A program made the position numbers and the translations under genes. From NCBI RefSeq assembly GCF_006345805.1, contig NC_043008.1, positions 13,826,001 to 13,890,000 of the forward strand: a stretch of 64,000 bases of DNA, read 5' to 3'. The notes under the pieces were generated by a model. The model was not told where the DNA came from and did not search any database. It was given only the letters and a program-made list of their open reading frames with translations. Below, in pieces: positions 26,281-41,603 of this stretch; within the stretch, counting starts at the first letter, position 1, and every line of letters starts with the position of its first letter. The stretch comes from Octopus sinensis. Its lineage: Eukaryota.

Positions 26281-26694
26281 TATTTCTTTACTACCAACAA
26301 GGGGCTAAACATAGAGGGGACAAATAAGGACAGACAAAGTGATTACGTCGATTACATCGACCCCAGTGCGAAACTGGTACTTTATTTATCGACCCCGACA
26401 GGATGGAAGGCAAAGTCGACCTCGGTGGAATTTGAAGTCAGAACGTAACAACAGACGAAATATCTATTTATTTACTACCCACACGGGGCTAAACACAGAG
26501 GGGACAGACAACGACAGACAAATGGATTAAGTTGATTACATCGACCCAGTGCGAAAATGGTACTTTATTTATCGACCCCGAGATGATGAAAAGCAAATTA
26601 GACCTCGGCGGAATTTGAACTCGGAACGTAGCGGCAGACGAAATACCACTAAGCATTTCGCTGGGTGTGTTAACGCTTCTGCCAGCTCGCCGCC
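26281..26694 (-). mobile_element. SINE family B dimer
   Basis: Two tandem units with a single head at 26694. Confidence 0.9.
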
Positions 26695-27367
26695 ATTTGT
26701 TACGAATATATTGTAACCCTAACTTGCGAAAGTATGTTTCCTCTCTGAAATATATTTATATTATACATATTATATGTCAATGTTTGTAGACAGTGTTAGA
26801 TGTTAATTTTATTTTTTATTTTTAGAGGATATTCATATATCATGATTTGTTTATATTCGGTAAGACTCAATGTGCGCTCATGGGAATATTTTGAAATTCT
26901 TCGGTCAAATTTGTTTACCAAAACACGAATGGAAATGATTAATGTATCATCTTTTCGAGAACATTTTCAGGTTAAACTATGTCTTCCAGGATATTTACAA
27001 TATGCATTTCTATTCTTCAGGTCTCATATATATTCTTGCTTTGTATTCTTTATCATTCTGTTTTTAAATAATCAAATGTTCTATTTGCTTCTAATAAAGC
27101 AGTAACAACCTACTATTCCTCACAGAACTAAGTAGAAAGGTTGTTCATTTAATAGCATTTCTTTAATCTATATTAACAGACTAACACTGGAAATGTTTAC
27201 ATTATTACTTTGGCTTTGATTACTGATTTTGTTTTTCACACTGACTACCAAATTTAACAGACAGTTATTTAGTATCATCTAGTAGTCAAATTTAACTGAA
27301 ACCTAAATATAACATTTGAATTATGCAGGAAACAATATGGTAATCCCAGCAATATCTCTCTCTTTTA

Positions 27368-27772
27368 GTCTTTTACTTGTTTCAGTCATTTGACTGCGGC
27401 CATGCTGGAGCACCGACATTAGTCGAGCAAATCGACCCTACGACTTATTCTTTGTAAGCCCAGTACTTATTCTATCGGTCTCTTTTGCCGAACCGCTAAG
27501 TGACGGGGACGTAAACACACCAGCATCGGTTGCCAAGCAATGCTAGGGGGACAAACACAGACACACAAACACACAAACACATATATATCTATATATAAAT
27601 ACATATATACGACAGGCTTCTTTCAGTTTCCGTCTACCAAATCCACTCACAAGGCATCGGTCGGCCCGGGGCTATAGCAGAAGACACTTGCCCAAGAGGC
27701 CACGCAGTGGGAATGAACCCGGAACCATGCGGTTGGTTAGCAAGCTACTTACCACATATTCACTCCTGCGCC
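27368..27772 (-). mobile_element. SINE family A, full length
   Basis: Complete from ggcgcaggagtg to the gactgaaacaagtaaaaga tail. Confidence 0.95.
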
Positions 27773-29060
27773 TATATATATCAGTATGACTTTAAATTCT
27801 TTTCAGATACTCATTGTCTGCAAGTATACATTTGTTTAAAGATGCAGTTTTCTTATAGCTTCATTATTAATATTTGATATATTCTGTTTCACACTAAACT
27901 AGATTCTAATAGCGTTGCACTCACATGTGTCATTGTATTGTAATTATTACGCAGAGGTCATGACCAGAAGGCTTTGTTACCATCAGAAATTTAAAACTTG
28001 CAGAAATTTAGAACTGCACCTACAAAACATTAATATTCATAAGAGATTTATTCATATCAAAAATATTTCGTGAGGACGAAAGCATACATGTCATTTTTAC
28101 ACAATAAAAGCATATTCATTTATACTTTATATGCAATAGGACAAGTATTAAGCTGACAAATTTTCATCAACCGGAATCTCGTCTGACCTCGTTGCCCTAA
28201 TGTTTCTGATATCCTCGTAAGCTGGTGCTCGGGCGATTTTTGTCACCCTCCGATATATACTGTGTTTTTGAACAGAATGCGTCCATAAGAAATGTTATTT
28301 CTGGACGAATACAACAGTAAATTTCCCTTTCCACGACGTAGTTAAATTAACTACAACCCAAATCATGCTTATTTTCGTTGATATACTTGGTAATATGCGG
28401 GAAAAATTGAACAAGCGTTGGCATTTGTTGCTGTCAGAATATGCAAATTACAAAATCTACTAAAAACAACTTTGTGTTTCAAGTCACTTGGGGTGGATAA
28501 AAAACTAGATGCCATGTATTTATAGCGTTCCTTCTTCTTTACAAGTGTTGTTAAGCCTAACCAATTAAAGTAATATTTATTTCAATATCAACAATGTTGA
28601 CGCCTGATTCAAACAATCCAAAATATTTGGAACCGAAAGAAATATAGTTAAATTAGAATTCTAAATTTACGAATTTGTTTAGAACACAAAGGAAATGTAA
28701 TCATGGAAAAACTAAATATAAGAACAAATATAAAGATTGATGCTAGGAGCCTAAACTATATATTTCGAGAAAACTGCATATTTTCACAGAGTTAAAAGAA
28801 AAGGAAAATGCGTACAAAGATCTCGAAATTTACATTTTAACAACGTGTTATTTTTACGCAAACTATTTGAGGATCATTTTTAAATGATTTACAGAACAAT
28901 CTGTTTTCATTTTTATATAAAGTTAAATATTAACAAGTAGCACTGCCACACCTATTTAAATTAGTGTTGTCAACAATTGATATCGTAAAGCCAGTTGCGT
29001 TTTATCAACTAAAAATATATATTTAATCGAAGAAAAACACTAATATGTTTAACAATATGT

Positions 29061-29459
29061 GAGAACGTTAGCACGCCGGGCGAAATGCTTAGCAGTATTT
29101 CGTATGCCGTTACGTTCTGAGTTCAAATTCCGCCGAGGTCGACTTTGCCTTTTATCCTTTCGGTGTCGATTAAATAAGTACCAGTTACGCACTGGTGTCG
29201 ATGTAATCGACTTAATCCATTTGTCTGTCCTTACTTGTCCCCTCTGTGTTTAGCCCCGTGTGGGTAGTAAAGAAATAGGTATATCGTATGCCGCTACATG
29301 CTGAGTTCAAATTCCGCCGAGGTCGACTTTGCCTTTCATCCTTTGGAGGTCGATTAAATAAGTACCAGTTACGCACTGGGGTCGTGTGATCGACTTAATC
29401 CATTTGTGTGTCCTTTTTTGTGTCCTCTGTGTGTAGCCCCGTGTGGGTAGTAAAGAAAT
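29061..29459 (+). mobile_element. SINE family B dimer with an 18-bp TSD
   Basis: atatgtttaacaatatgt at 29043-29060 and 29460-29477. Confidence 0.9.
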
Positions 29460-29478
29460 ATATGTTTAACAATATGTA

Positions 29479-29815
29479 CGAGGTGGTATCAAAAGGTTCT
29501 CGTACCAGTTATGTTTAATAAAAAATAACTTATTTATTTAAGTTTTAATATCATCTCCTTCCGGTCATCTTGTGCAACAATACACCGGTCCCAGTGCTCT
29601 TGCATCTTTGGGAACCGACCTGGATGTTGTTTTCCGTATGCGAGCCGAGGACCTTTTTGCGATTCATCTGGATCTCGACAACAGTGTTAAAATGGCGACT
29701 GTTGAGCTGCGTTTTTATCTTGGGGTGGAGACGGAATGCTGCAGGTGCTAAATTCGGTGAAGAGGGCAAGTGCAAAAGCGATTTCGTGTTGCTTTTGGTG
29801 AGAAACACACGAGCG
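29479..29815 (-). mobile_element. Mariner 3' end relic (transposase C-terminus plus TIR)
   Basis: TA|cgaggtggtatcaaaaggttc terminus. LHLPSSPNLAPAAFRLHPKIKTQL resembles the YSPDLAPxDF motif. Confidence 0.85.
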
Positions 29816-30456
29816 AGGAGAGCACATTGATAAATCCAATTAATAAATCAACTTATATAAAAACAGGATCATCAGGAATGTAATATCTGTGATTAGTTAT
29901 TATCACATAATATTAAACACTGAAGCAACTTTTAATTATTCCATTTAGAAATTATTCAGCTTATCGTATACAAAATCGACTGGAATTTCCATTGGATTCT
30001 CACTCACCTTCTATTCAATTTCTTCGATCATATATTTCTCCTGTCAGAATCATGGGGAAATTTTCTTGATATCCAATGCCTTAATTTTGCTTTGACTGAC
30101 ATTTCTCAGTCAATCAGTATTTGCTGGTTAACTATTTCGTATGAAAGACGTGAGCATGACCGGCAAGCCAAGGGTAACTAGCCGACGATAAAGATGACTC
30201 AATACTAACCAGAATAAAATGATATACATATGTGTTTGACGGTTAATACACATAACACGCACACATACGTCTTTCTCTCTCCCTCTCACTCTATCTATCT
30301 ATCTATCGATCGATCTATCTATCTATCTCATTCTCATTCGGTGTATATAAATATATATATATGTGTGTGTATGCATATATATATATATATACATATATAT
30401 ATGCAGACACACCACATATATATATGTATATATACATATATATGCACACACACACG

Positions 30457-30534
<78 letters not shown>

Positions 30535-30679
30535 GAAAGAATAAAAATGGCATTTCTGACACAAACACACACACACACACAGAAATATATGTTATGTATG
30601 TGTGCATCAGAGAAGCCATATCTATTCAATTTTTCAAATATGTAAATACTGTACAAAGGACTTTTATTTTTTATTCTAC

Positions 30680-30729
<50 letters not shown>

Positions 30730-30783
30730 AGTGTGTGTGTGTGTGTACATATCTCTCTCTCTCTCTCTATCTATCTAACTATA

Positions 30784-30832
<49 letters not shown>

Positions 30833-31694
30833 GTATATACATGTTTACCGTATGCGATACATGATATAATGTCTTCGGTCACTGGTTTCCCTTAATACAA
30901 ATAAAATTATATATACTCTGTAGCAAAGCGAAGTTCACATAAAATACTCTGTTACGTAGAGACTAATAATGCGAATGAACTGGTTTCATTATAGCTCATT
31001 AAGCATTATGCATACATACACACAAATACACACACAATCACACGCAAACACACACATACATATGTTGTAGGGTAAGCAATTTTTTAAAATCGGAGTTTCA
31101 GGAGAAGAAGGCCATGTAAGTTGGAATTTGTTCGTTTTGTCAATGATTTTTCGATTTGTTTTTCACTACAGCCTTGGAAATATTTGGAGTGGGAGCGCGG
31201 GAAATCTTTTTATAGAAAAAGTTTTGAATATTTTTTCACTTCCTTTTTCACTCACCATCGCAATCTGGGCCAATTATATCCAATATTTTTTGCACATAAA
31301 AATCATTGAAACAAAAGATAAAAGAAAAAAAAACGAAAATGTCATTTTAGAGGAAAAAATTCGTGATTTAATGAATATTTGGGTGTTATTTCTAGCACAT
31401 CTGAGGATCGCCTTCCTGGCTTTCATTCTCACATGTAATAATGTTTTTTAATATTTGCTCCCCATAAACACATTTTATGAAATTACGATGTGAGAGACAC
31501 ACATGAGTATTCGATTAGTGGGATATAAGCAACAATAACCATGCAATCGGTAATTTAAACTTTTGACAATACCTCAGTCTTGCGAGGCCCAGTGTGTGTA
31601 TGTGTGTGTGTGCGTGTGTGTGTGTGTTTGTGAGAGTACTAAAAATTATTTTGTAGCATGAAAGTATGCTATTAAAATAAATTATCTTTTAAAT

Positions 31695-32403
31695 AGCCCC
31701 TCGCCAATTTTTTTTAATCAGTGTGGATAAATGCCAGAAATGACATTGTCAGTCTGTCCAATATTGAAAATTATAAGGAGAAAGAATGAGGGGGGCGGGA
31801 AATGTGGTTAAAAAAATCATAAATTTTCAAATATTTTTTTTATAGCATAAATGTGTTTATGGAGAGAAGAATATTTAAAAACATAAATACATGCGATTAA
31901 TGAGAAAGGAAACGAGTAGGGCGGTCTTGAGATGTGCTTGAAACAACAGCCAAATTTCCCTTCAATTCTCTGAAAATATTTACAGTTTTTTTGTTTTAGT
32001 ACCGAAAAGGGTCCACCCATAGCTTTTAAGTGCAAAAAATCGCGAAAATCAAGAGTGGGATGGTGGGATGAAGTAAAGAAAAAATAACTTATATGGAATT
32101 CTTGATCGGAAACTCCATTTGTTTCGAAACTCCTATCCCGCCCCATCGGAGAACATTTTATCCACAAATTTCTTTATAATCGTAATGTATGCAGTTTGAA
32201 AGACAATTGTATGAACTTACATTCAAAGACACCCATTTTCCTGAAAGTTATGAGGGGGAATATTTCGTGTGAATTTTCCGAAACACTTCTCCGACCCCTT
32301 GGGAAAACGTATTTTCCAGAAATCTCTATATACTCTGAATGTACAGCATCCAAGCGGGATTTCTTGAAAATTTCTGTCTGACGGACAGACAGACACACGG
32401 ACT

Positions 32404-32410
<7 letters not shown>
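31695..32410. repeat. Probable non-autonomous DNA/Helitron-like repeat running into (GACA)n/(GATA)n
   Basis: Higher-complexity block ending tctgtctgacggacagacagac, an arrangement I recall from invertebrate Helentron/HINE-type elements. No second copy here. Confidence 0.3.
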
Positions 32411-32439
<29 letters not shown>

Positions 32440-32461
32440 TACAGACAACAGACAGACAGAC

Positions 32462-32508
<47 letters not shown>

Positions 32509-32540
32509 CAGACTGATAGTTAGATAGATAGTTACCTAGA

Positions 32541-32700
32541 TACAACAGGCTTCTTTCAGTTTCCCTATACCAAATTCACACACGATGGCTGGGTCGGCCC
32601 AAGGCTATAGTGGAAATCACCTGCCTAAGCCGCCACGCACTGGTACTGAACCCGGAACCATGTGGTTGAGATGCAGGCTTCTCAACACGCAGCTGCGTCT
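32541..32700 (-). mobile_element. SINE family A, 5' half, diverged
   Basis: caggcttctttcagtttcc...actgaacccggaaccatgtggttg. Confidence 0.8.
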
Positions 32701-33303
32701 GCACTTATGCATTACGCACACACGATTCCAAGGATGCATGAGTGTATGTGTGTACGCCTCTTTCACCAACGTCTGACTATAAACAACGGAGGGAAATTCA
32801 ATAACCCGATGTTTTCGAACTTGAATAACCTGTATTGTTTGTTTACAATAATTTACATATACTGTCAGATCCGTCATTACACAATGATTGACCCATGTGT
32901 CCCGCTGGGCACCTCTAACCATCAGCAGCATTATTTACAATATATTGATATGGAATATGAAAAGAATAAGAAGTAAAACTTTAGCATTCACATGCCCAAG
33001 ATTATATACTTGCCAGTAGAAAGATTGAGAAACTAAAGGAAAAAGGTTTTTTTTTTTCTCTCCAGTTTCCAATCACACATAAAAGAACACATATTGTGTG
33101 TTTATAGATGAAAATATAGAATCTTCCTGGGGCGTTTCACACATTCTTACAACATGTTACCAATATATTTGACAAAACCGGTAACCTCTTTTATTTATTA
33201 TCGATTCAAAATTCCTTTCTAAATACTCTGTAGATTGGCAGCTACAGAATATATATGTATATATATATATGTATATATATATATATACTATATATATATA
33301 TAT

Positions 33304-33377
<74 letters not shown>

Positions 33378-33429
33378 ATATATAATATATATATATATTA
33401 TATATACATATATATATATATAATATATA

Positions 33430-33491
<62 letters not shown>

Positions 33492-34107
33492 TCCATCACA
33501 CATAAAGAGAGACATATGGGAGAAAGAGAAAGGAAACGAAAGGAGGGCTTAAGAGAGACAGCTAGATAGATAGATATGCAATAGATATGCATTACATATG
33601 CATACCAGTGCATATTTATATATGTGTGTGTGTGTGTCTGTATAAACCTTTGTTCATTTATATGAAACCATGAATGGCAGGAGACAATAGAAATGTAGAG
33701 TGTTCTTTAATGCCTTATGAGTGAAAGTCTCTGATATTCAGTACTGAGAGTTATTCGATTCCCTTCATCAGCTGGTAAATTGAGTCTGACGCAGTTTCTT
33801 AACAAACATAGAGTTTGGATATCTTTTTTGAAATACGAAATGAAAGTTTGAAGAAAACTCTTACATTTAGGGTCGTCACATGTTTCAAAACATTTCTTTC
33901 AAATCATCTCCCCATCATAGAAAAAATTTTAAATATTCAGAGCGTTGATATTTTTAAAGAAAACCAGTCTCGGTTTACCAGCTAAGAATTGGGAACGAAT
34001 AATTCTGGGTACTAAATATTGGTGCCTTTTAGTTATGGTGTACACACATACACACACACAAATATATATATGTGCGCCTTCACTATATATATATATGCTC
34101 TCTCTTA

Positions 34108-34492
34108 CTCTTTTACTTGCTTCAATCATTTCAGTCATTTGATGCGGCCATGCTGGAGCACCGCCTTCTAGTCGAGTAAATCGACCCCAGGACTTATTCT
34201 TTGTAAGCCTAGTACTTATTCTATCAGTCTCTTTTTCTGAACCGCTAAGTTACTGAACGTAAACACACCATCATCGGTGTCAAGCAATGGTGGGGGACAA
34301 ACACAGACACACAAACATATACATACATATATATATACGACGGGCTTCTTCCAGTTTCCCTCTACCAAATCCACTCACAAGGCTTTGGTCGGCCCGAGGC
34401 TATAGTAGAACACACTTGCCCAAGGTAACACGCAGTGGGAATTAGCCCGGAACCATGTGGTTGGTAAGCAAGCTACTTACCACACAGCCACT
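34108..34492 (-). mobile_element. SINE family A, near full length
   Basis: Collinear with 27368-27772; the first ~10 nt are lost. Confidence 0.93.
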
Positions 34493-34502
34493 ATATATAT
34501 AG

Positions 34503-34787
34503 TGAGGGCGCATACTTCAGTGGTTAGCACGTGAGTTTGATTCCTGGACCAGGCTGGGTCTTATGTTCTTGAGCAAGTCACTTAATTTCACCTTACTCCA
34601 GTTCACTCAGCATTAGGTATGAAGAGCGACGTCATTGGTGCCAAACTATATCATTCTTTGCCTTTCCCGAGGATAACATCGGCGGCGTGGATAGTGGAGC
34701 CTGGTATGATGGGTAACTACTGGTCTTCCAAATACAATCTTGCCCGGACTTGTGCCTTGGAGGGGTACTTTCTAACCGAAGCAAGTC

Positions 34788-34790
<3 letters not shown>
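34503..34790 (+). mobile_element. Degenerate tRNA-derived SINE, family D (CORE-like centre)
   Basis: cagtggttagcac...gagtttgattcctgg head remnants; ttcttgagcaagtcacttaatttcacc resembles the CORE-SINE consensus as I recall it. Confidence 0.55.
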
Positions 34791-34847
<57 letters not shown>

Positions 34848-34867
34848 TTATATTTTTTGTTGTTGTT

Positions 34868-35010
34868 GTACTTGTTTCAGTCATTTGGCTGTAGCCGTAC
34901 TGGAGCACTGCCTTAGCGGGTTCTTTAAGCGAAACGCTAGGTTTTGGGGACGTAAACACACTAACTTCGGTTCTCAAGCAATGGTGGTGGGAGACAAACA
35001 CAGACACAAA
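34868..35010 (-). mobile_element. SINE family A, 3' half
   Basis: tacttgtttcagtcatttggctgtagcc...gacaaacacagacac. Confidence 0.8.
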
Positions 35011-35163
35011 AACACACATAGAAAAAAATATATATGTGTGTGTGCGCGTGTGTATACATGTGCGTGTGTGTGTGTGTGTGCATGTATATATATATATATA
35101 TATATATACATATATATATAGATAGATAGATAGGTAGATAGATAGATAGAGATAGATAGATAG

Positions 35164-35242
<79 letters not shown>

Positions 35243-35477
35243 TTAATCAAAGGACATAGTTAGTATGTCTATCTGCTGGAAATAATAGTAAAAACGCTTA
35301 TTTAAACCGCCGGAAAACAAAATATAAATCCTTCAGCTATTTAATGCTTTTTGGGGCCTGTAATCGCCTATATCATAAATTCTGTTATAATCAATTTACT
35401 TATATTCCCCTAGATAATAATAGAGTTAATAATACCTTAGCAAATATTCACTCCAGAATTATTTGCTCCTTATTGAA

Positions 35478-35536
<59 letters not shown>

Positions 35537-37241
35537 GTGTGTGTGTTGTGTGGTGTGTTGTGTGTGTGTGTGCGTGCGTGTGTGTATGCAGAGAAAAACG
35601 GGGGCAGAGAGTGATGAATGACACGAAAGCACGTGTACATATAATGAAAAATTACAGAGAATTTCAATTACGAAATAAAATAAGGAAAGAAAGCCCGTTG
35701 GGTTGCAATGAAATTGAGAGGAAATAAGTGTTTATCTGCGACAATGTTCCATTTAGAATATTCTCCAATATTATGATTCGCTAAAAAAAAAATTCTTTCG
35801 TTTCTATTTCAGGTATAATGACAAATTTATTCTGAAATAGTTCACTGTTGAGTTGAGCAAGTTCACTGAAAGGACCCCCAATTGTGATTCATCATGAGCG
35901 CTATTATTTCATTGTAACAAACATCACTGGAGTCAGACGTACGAACAAATATTTCTGCGGCATTGAACTTAACTTATGTTTATGATAATTTATGATAATA
36001 TATCCAAGTTTAAGGGATTTGAAATATAGGTGTCACTTACAACATATCAATTATCTTTTAAGAGCTATCTTTCTGGCATGGGATTTAGTGCATCATGTCT
36101 TCGGACGAACTCCCTTTATTAAACATATCATATCTAAAATTCTTTGTGATGTATGTATGCGCGCCTTAAATGAACATTTCCAATAAACATGCTTCTCCAG
36201 TTATTGATATACGATTCTTTAAATTAAATTTTAAGAATAGAATTAATCTAATCTAAATTAATTGATATATTCTTCGCTATATATATATATATATATTAAT
36301 CTATTTCTATACAACCTCTTCTGAATTCTTGTTAGATCTAATTTTAAATAAGCGTAATTATTTTCGAGCACTTTGTAGATATCCACCTAACATTCACACA
36401 CGCACATAAACCGACCTGCAACTGTATCAGCGTTAGAAAGCTTCAATATTTGTTTTTACTTTGACAAGAGATATTACAATCCATAACGTTATTAATGAAG
36501 TTTAATAGAATTTGACTGCAGGGAATATTTCTTTTACAGAATAAAATCATCATATTTTATAAGATACTTGCAGCAAGTTGTCGGTGTCGCCTGGTTTCAT
36601 AAAATTCTTAAACAAATTATACAACTGATTAAAAAATATTTCTGTCTGCTTTCTCTTCCAATTTGATTATCCTTTCGATTAGAGAAATATCTGTATACAT
36701 ATCTGAGGGAGGATTTAAGTGCGTGTTAAAAAAAAAATGGGATATTGAAAGAAAAATTTTCAAAGCTAAAAATGAATTAAATATCGCACTAATTATGAAC
36801 GTGTGTTAATTAGAGAAATATCACGTGAAAAAAAAAAGCGTATGCAAGTGAAATGATATGGTAAAATTATAAGTTAACAAATAAAACCATATTTAAAAAT
36901 GTCTACTCTGGCAAAGAAAATTGTATGCGATAGTTGTAAAATATATAGAAATGTGAAGTATAACAATTGAAACTTAACTGCAGAACCGTAAAATAACTCT
37001 GTCTCAGCTCGATTAGTCTTTATTCACCCATATATAGGTGTCAGTTTTAAAACAAGCCTAAATTACAAATACATATTTTCGGTTGTAAACATCATATATT
37101 TTCATTAAAAAAAAAAGCAAAGTATCTATTTTAGAATTCCCAGTTGTCGATTTTGATACAAAGATAAACATCGATCTCTGTTAGTTCAACCAGTAACCTG
37201 TGAAAACATGACAGACGCACACATGTGCAATCTCTATTATT

Positions 37242-37290
<49 letters not shown>

Positions 37291-37654
37291 GGAATTGAGG
37301 ATTTGAAAAACAATTCGCTATTAATCACTTTAAAATATTTCAATTTCTTAAATGGTAAACTCAGAACATAATTTATATCGTCACTTGCAACATATATTTA
37401 CACAACACATTAGGACAATTTTGCGCACGGGGACTTTGCAATATGACAGGTCAGGAATATTCTAAAGCAATATATCAATGTTAACTATGAGGTATTATTT
37501 CTTCGGTATTTATTGTAACAATGCGTTATTCATTTTCTCTTAGGGAAGTTTCCATTCTTCTAAAACCGAGGCGCAAACTGAAATTAGGTGTTGCTCAAAT
37601 AAAATACAGAGCCTTATGAAAAAGTAAGGTTCGTCTATGAATGCTATATTTCTT

Positions 37655-37860
37655 TTACTTCTTACTTGTTTCAGTTATTTGATTGCGACCATGCTGGGGC
37701 ACCACCCTTAATTTTTAGTTGAATGAATCGACCCCAACGCTTTTTTAAGTCAGGTACTTAATTTATCAAAACCTTATGCCGAACCGCTAGGTTACGTTAT
37801 CGTAAATATAGAAAGAAATTTGTCAAACGGTAGTGGCGTAAGACAGTCACGCACAAGACA
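37655..37860 (-). mobile_element. SINE family A, 3' half, diverged
   Basis: cttacttgtttcagttatttgattgcgaccatgctgggg...gccgaaccgctagg. Confidence 0.75.
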
Positions 37861-37861
37861 C

Positions 37862-37932
<71 letters not shown>

Positions 37933-37937
37933 CAGAT

Positions 37938-38030
<93 letters not shown>

Positions 38031-38897
38031 AAATGAGATAAAACTTACTTGGAAAAGGATGCGCGGCGTTTGATCATATAATAATATAAATAATATATAT
38101 ATGCATATGCATATATACATGTATCTATATTCCTCTCTTCTCCCATTATTCTATCCTATTACTCTTTTGTTTCCTCCCAGTTATTCTTCTACCTCTCCTT
38201 CTCCACTCCTGTCTTTTCTCACTTATCCTATCTCCAATCTTTCCGTCTCCCCTTCACAATTCTCTGTCTGTCACTCTCTCTCCCTCGCTCTTCCTCCCTT
38301 GCTCAGATGGCTCACACGTGACCATCGACCATCTTTCTTCTTCTAACTAGTGTTTCTTTCTTTCTCTCCGTTGTTCTTGTCTGTCTCCTGTCCATGCTTG
38401 ATTTACGCGTTCGCCACCACAACCTCATTTAGGCTAAGCAGCCCTTCCTGCTTGTTTTCATTGTCTTGTATGGTTGGTTTATTTGGTGGGTAGTGTTGAG
38501 AGACTTAATAGCAGTAACTTGAACGGACTGATCGGGAAGCTGTCCAAAGTACTAAATGTATATCAAAATCACAATTTCGGATGCATTGTCAGTATTCTAA
38601 TTCAAGGTATGCAGTGTATTCATCAAACATCTTACTTTTTCAAGTAATAATTACAGTTGTATCATTACATATTTGATATGACATTTTGTATTCAGCCACA
38701 TAAGCCGGCGAGTTAATTTGTAAGTGGTCGTTCGTCTTGTGAAAATAGCATCTTAAATTCCCCTTAAATTGTGCTCACTCATCTTTGTAAATATCACCTG
38801 GAGTCTTGTTGATGTTTGGAGTCCGACCTTATGAAACTACTAGTCGGACGTTATAAAACAGACCTATAATCAAAAGTGTTGGAAGGAAGTCCATTCT

Positions 38898-39345
38898 TAT
38901 TTCTTTATTGCCCACAAGGTACTAAACATAGAGGGGACAAACAAGGGTAGACAGATAGATTCAGTCGATTATATCGACCCCAGTGCGTAACTGGTACTTA
39001 ATTTATCGACCCCGAAAGGATGAAAGGTAAAGTCGACCTCGGCGGAATTTGAACTCAGAACGTAACGTCAGACGAAATACGGCTAAGTATTTCACCCGGT
39101 GTGCTAACGTTTATTATTTCTTTACTATCCACCTGGGGCTACACACAGAGGGGACAAACAAGGACAGACAAACGGATTTAGTCGATTATATCGACACTAG
39201 TGCGTAACTGGTACTTATTTCATCGACCCCGAAAGGATGAAAGGCAAAGTCGACCTCGGTGGAATTTTAACTCAGAACGCAGCGACAGACGAAATACCGC
39301 TAGGTATTGCACCCGGCGTGCTAACGTTTCTGCCAGCTCGCTGCA
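38898..39345 (-). mobile_element. SINE family B dimer with a 13-bp TSD
   Basis: ggaagtccattct at 38885-38897 and 39351-39363. Confidence 0.9.
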
Positions 39346-40820
39346 TTAAGGGAAGTCCATTCTGCTTTATTCCTAAGACCTGTGTTTTTTTCTTCTCTAG
39401 TATTAGAGACGTGTGTCTGCTATATTATGCATATTTAACAATCAAGTAAAATATTCATACATGACACGCATCCAAACCGCTCCCTTTGCGTCTTTAATGC
39501 TTTTTTAATCACCTATAACATCATTGCTGTAAATATATTAATTCACCTTTCATTTTATGGTAATAAAGTGTTATTGTATATTAGTAAGTGCCTTCTGTTC
39601 TTTTTCAATTTTCTTTTCACTTTTTCCATTCTTCTTTCCCCAGATGAATATTTTACATTCGCATTAACCCCACCTTCTGCTCACCCATTTCTTCTTATTT
39701 TAATTAAAACTATTTAATAGTCTCAAGTGTTTATTATTAATGCATTGTTAAATATTGTCTATTTTCTATTATCAAACAATCATTTTTTTTTCTATTTTCT
39801 TTCATTATACATTTCGCTTGTATTTCTCAAAAAATTCTTCTGAGGCATTTACAATGCTTAATTCATTATTAGAATTTTCATGTTGTATATTCCAATTATA
39901 CAATAGCCACAGAAAAAGAAGGAAGAAAAAATGAATTCTATCGCAATAATAGTTTTCTATTTCGGAAAACAAGCACAATGATTACAGTACATTAAAAATT
40001 TTGAAAGAATCCTTTCTAATAATTGCAGAAACAACTTCCGTAAATAACAAATCAAGCGTTTAGAAAATAGAAGTGCCTATATTGGTATGCAAAATATAGG
40101 TTTGCAGTTGCATTAAATTTTATAAATGAAAATGAATAGAAAATTATAAAGAAGTTTAATCTAGGAGAATGTCGGAGAAAAAAATGTCAGGATTGTATTT
40201 TTCTTATTATTTATTGTATATTCAAAACATTGATCGACCAACTTATATGACACTTATTTAAATACACACGGACATACACTTATATATGGATCAGGAATAC
40301 ATATTCACACAATGTCTATGAATATATGAGTATCACTATGTGAGTGCACGTGTGTGTATGTAAGAGCTAGAACGATATACATATGTATATTTACATACAC
40401 GCTCATATATTGATTTATATGTGATTATCTATACGTACAAAACATTGTCACACTTTCGGGTTTAAAGACAAAATTTAGAATCAGTTGAAAGACGGTGCTA
40501 TCGGTGTTCGAATTACCAGCGATATATTGCCGCGTATGTCTCTACTATCATTTTTTGTTCCCAACTTCGATCCTCCGTAAATCCTAAATATTTTTTTAGA
40601 GTTTATGCCACTTATTGTCGTTGAATGCCGGAAATGAGGATTAGATAGACAGCCGACAACGGATGAAGGGTCCCTTATCTGTGCTTCCTTGTCCTGTTTC
40701 CGATTTTTGTTGTTGATTACGTATTTCCCGTTTTTGCACTGTTGGTGGCGTCCTGTACCCATATATAAGTGTGTGTATGTGTATAGATAGATAGATAGAT
40801 TTATTATTCATTATATATAT

Positions 40821-40851
<31 letters not shown>

Positions 40852-40868
40852 ATATATGTATGTATATA

Positions 40869-40923
<55 letters not shown>

Positions 40924-41231
40924 GTATATATATATAAATTAAATTAAAGATAAAACCAGTATTAGCCAAATCAAACAGTGAAAAACATAAACCAAAACAT
41001 AGAAATAAAAATAATTAATATAATATACAAAATATATACAATACAAAATTTAAAATTTCAATTATTTTATTTAAAGTTAAAAATTTAAAATTATGAATTT
41101 ATTTTTATAAATTTATATATATATATACAATAATTATAAATAGTAATAATGTGTTTTGAATGGCACAGCAAGGCAAATATATATGCATGTGTATATCTAT
41201 GCGTGGCTTTGTGTATGTGTCTCTTCATTCA

Positions 41232-41400
41232 ACACCGCTTCACAACCGGTATAGAAAATTGTTAACATTAGTGGTTCGGCACAAGGGATCGATAATATAA
41301 GTACCAGGCTTAAAAGGACTGAGATCGATTCATGTGACTAAAACTCTCCTAGGCGGTGCCCCAGCATGGCCGCAGCCTGGTGACTAAAACGAGTAAAACT
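41232..41400 (+). mobile_element. SINE family A, 3' half, diverged
   Basis: cttcacaaccgg...gcggtgccccagcatggccgcag...gactaaaacgagtaaaa. Confidence 0.7.
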
Positions 41401-41487
41401 CAAAGGGAAGAAGATATATATTTACATTCTATTCACTCTAATAAGCTGTGTAAAACTGCGTTGATGGTTTATATAGATAGGTAGAGA

Positions 41488-41603
41488 AGGCGGCTAGCTG
41501 GCAGAAACGTTAGCGAGCCGAGCGAAATGCATATCCGTTACGTACCGAGTTCAAATTCCGCCCAGGTCGACTTTGCCTTTCATCCTTGTGGGCAATAAAG
41601 AAA
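41488..41603 (+). mobile_element. Internally deleted SINE family B with an 18-bp TSD
   Basis: tatatagataggtagaga at 41470-41487 and 41604-41621. The head is joined directly to the tail at catcct|tgtggg. Confidence 0.85.

Noticed and set aside
33738-33775. Hammerhead-like CTGATGA...AGTA with cag/ctg stem I on the minus strand
   Set aside because: No GAAA and no convincing stem II; too degenerate to count.
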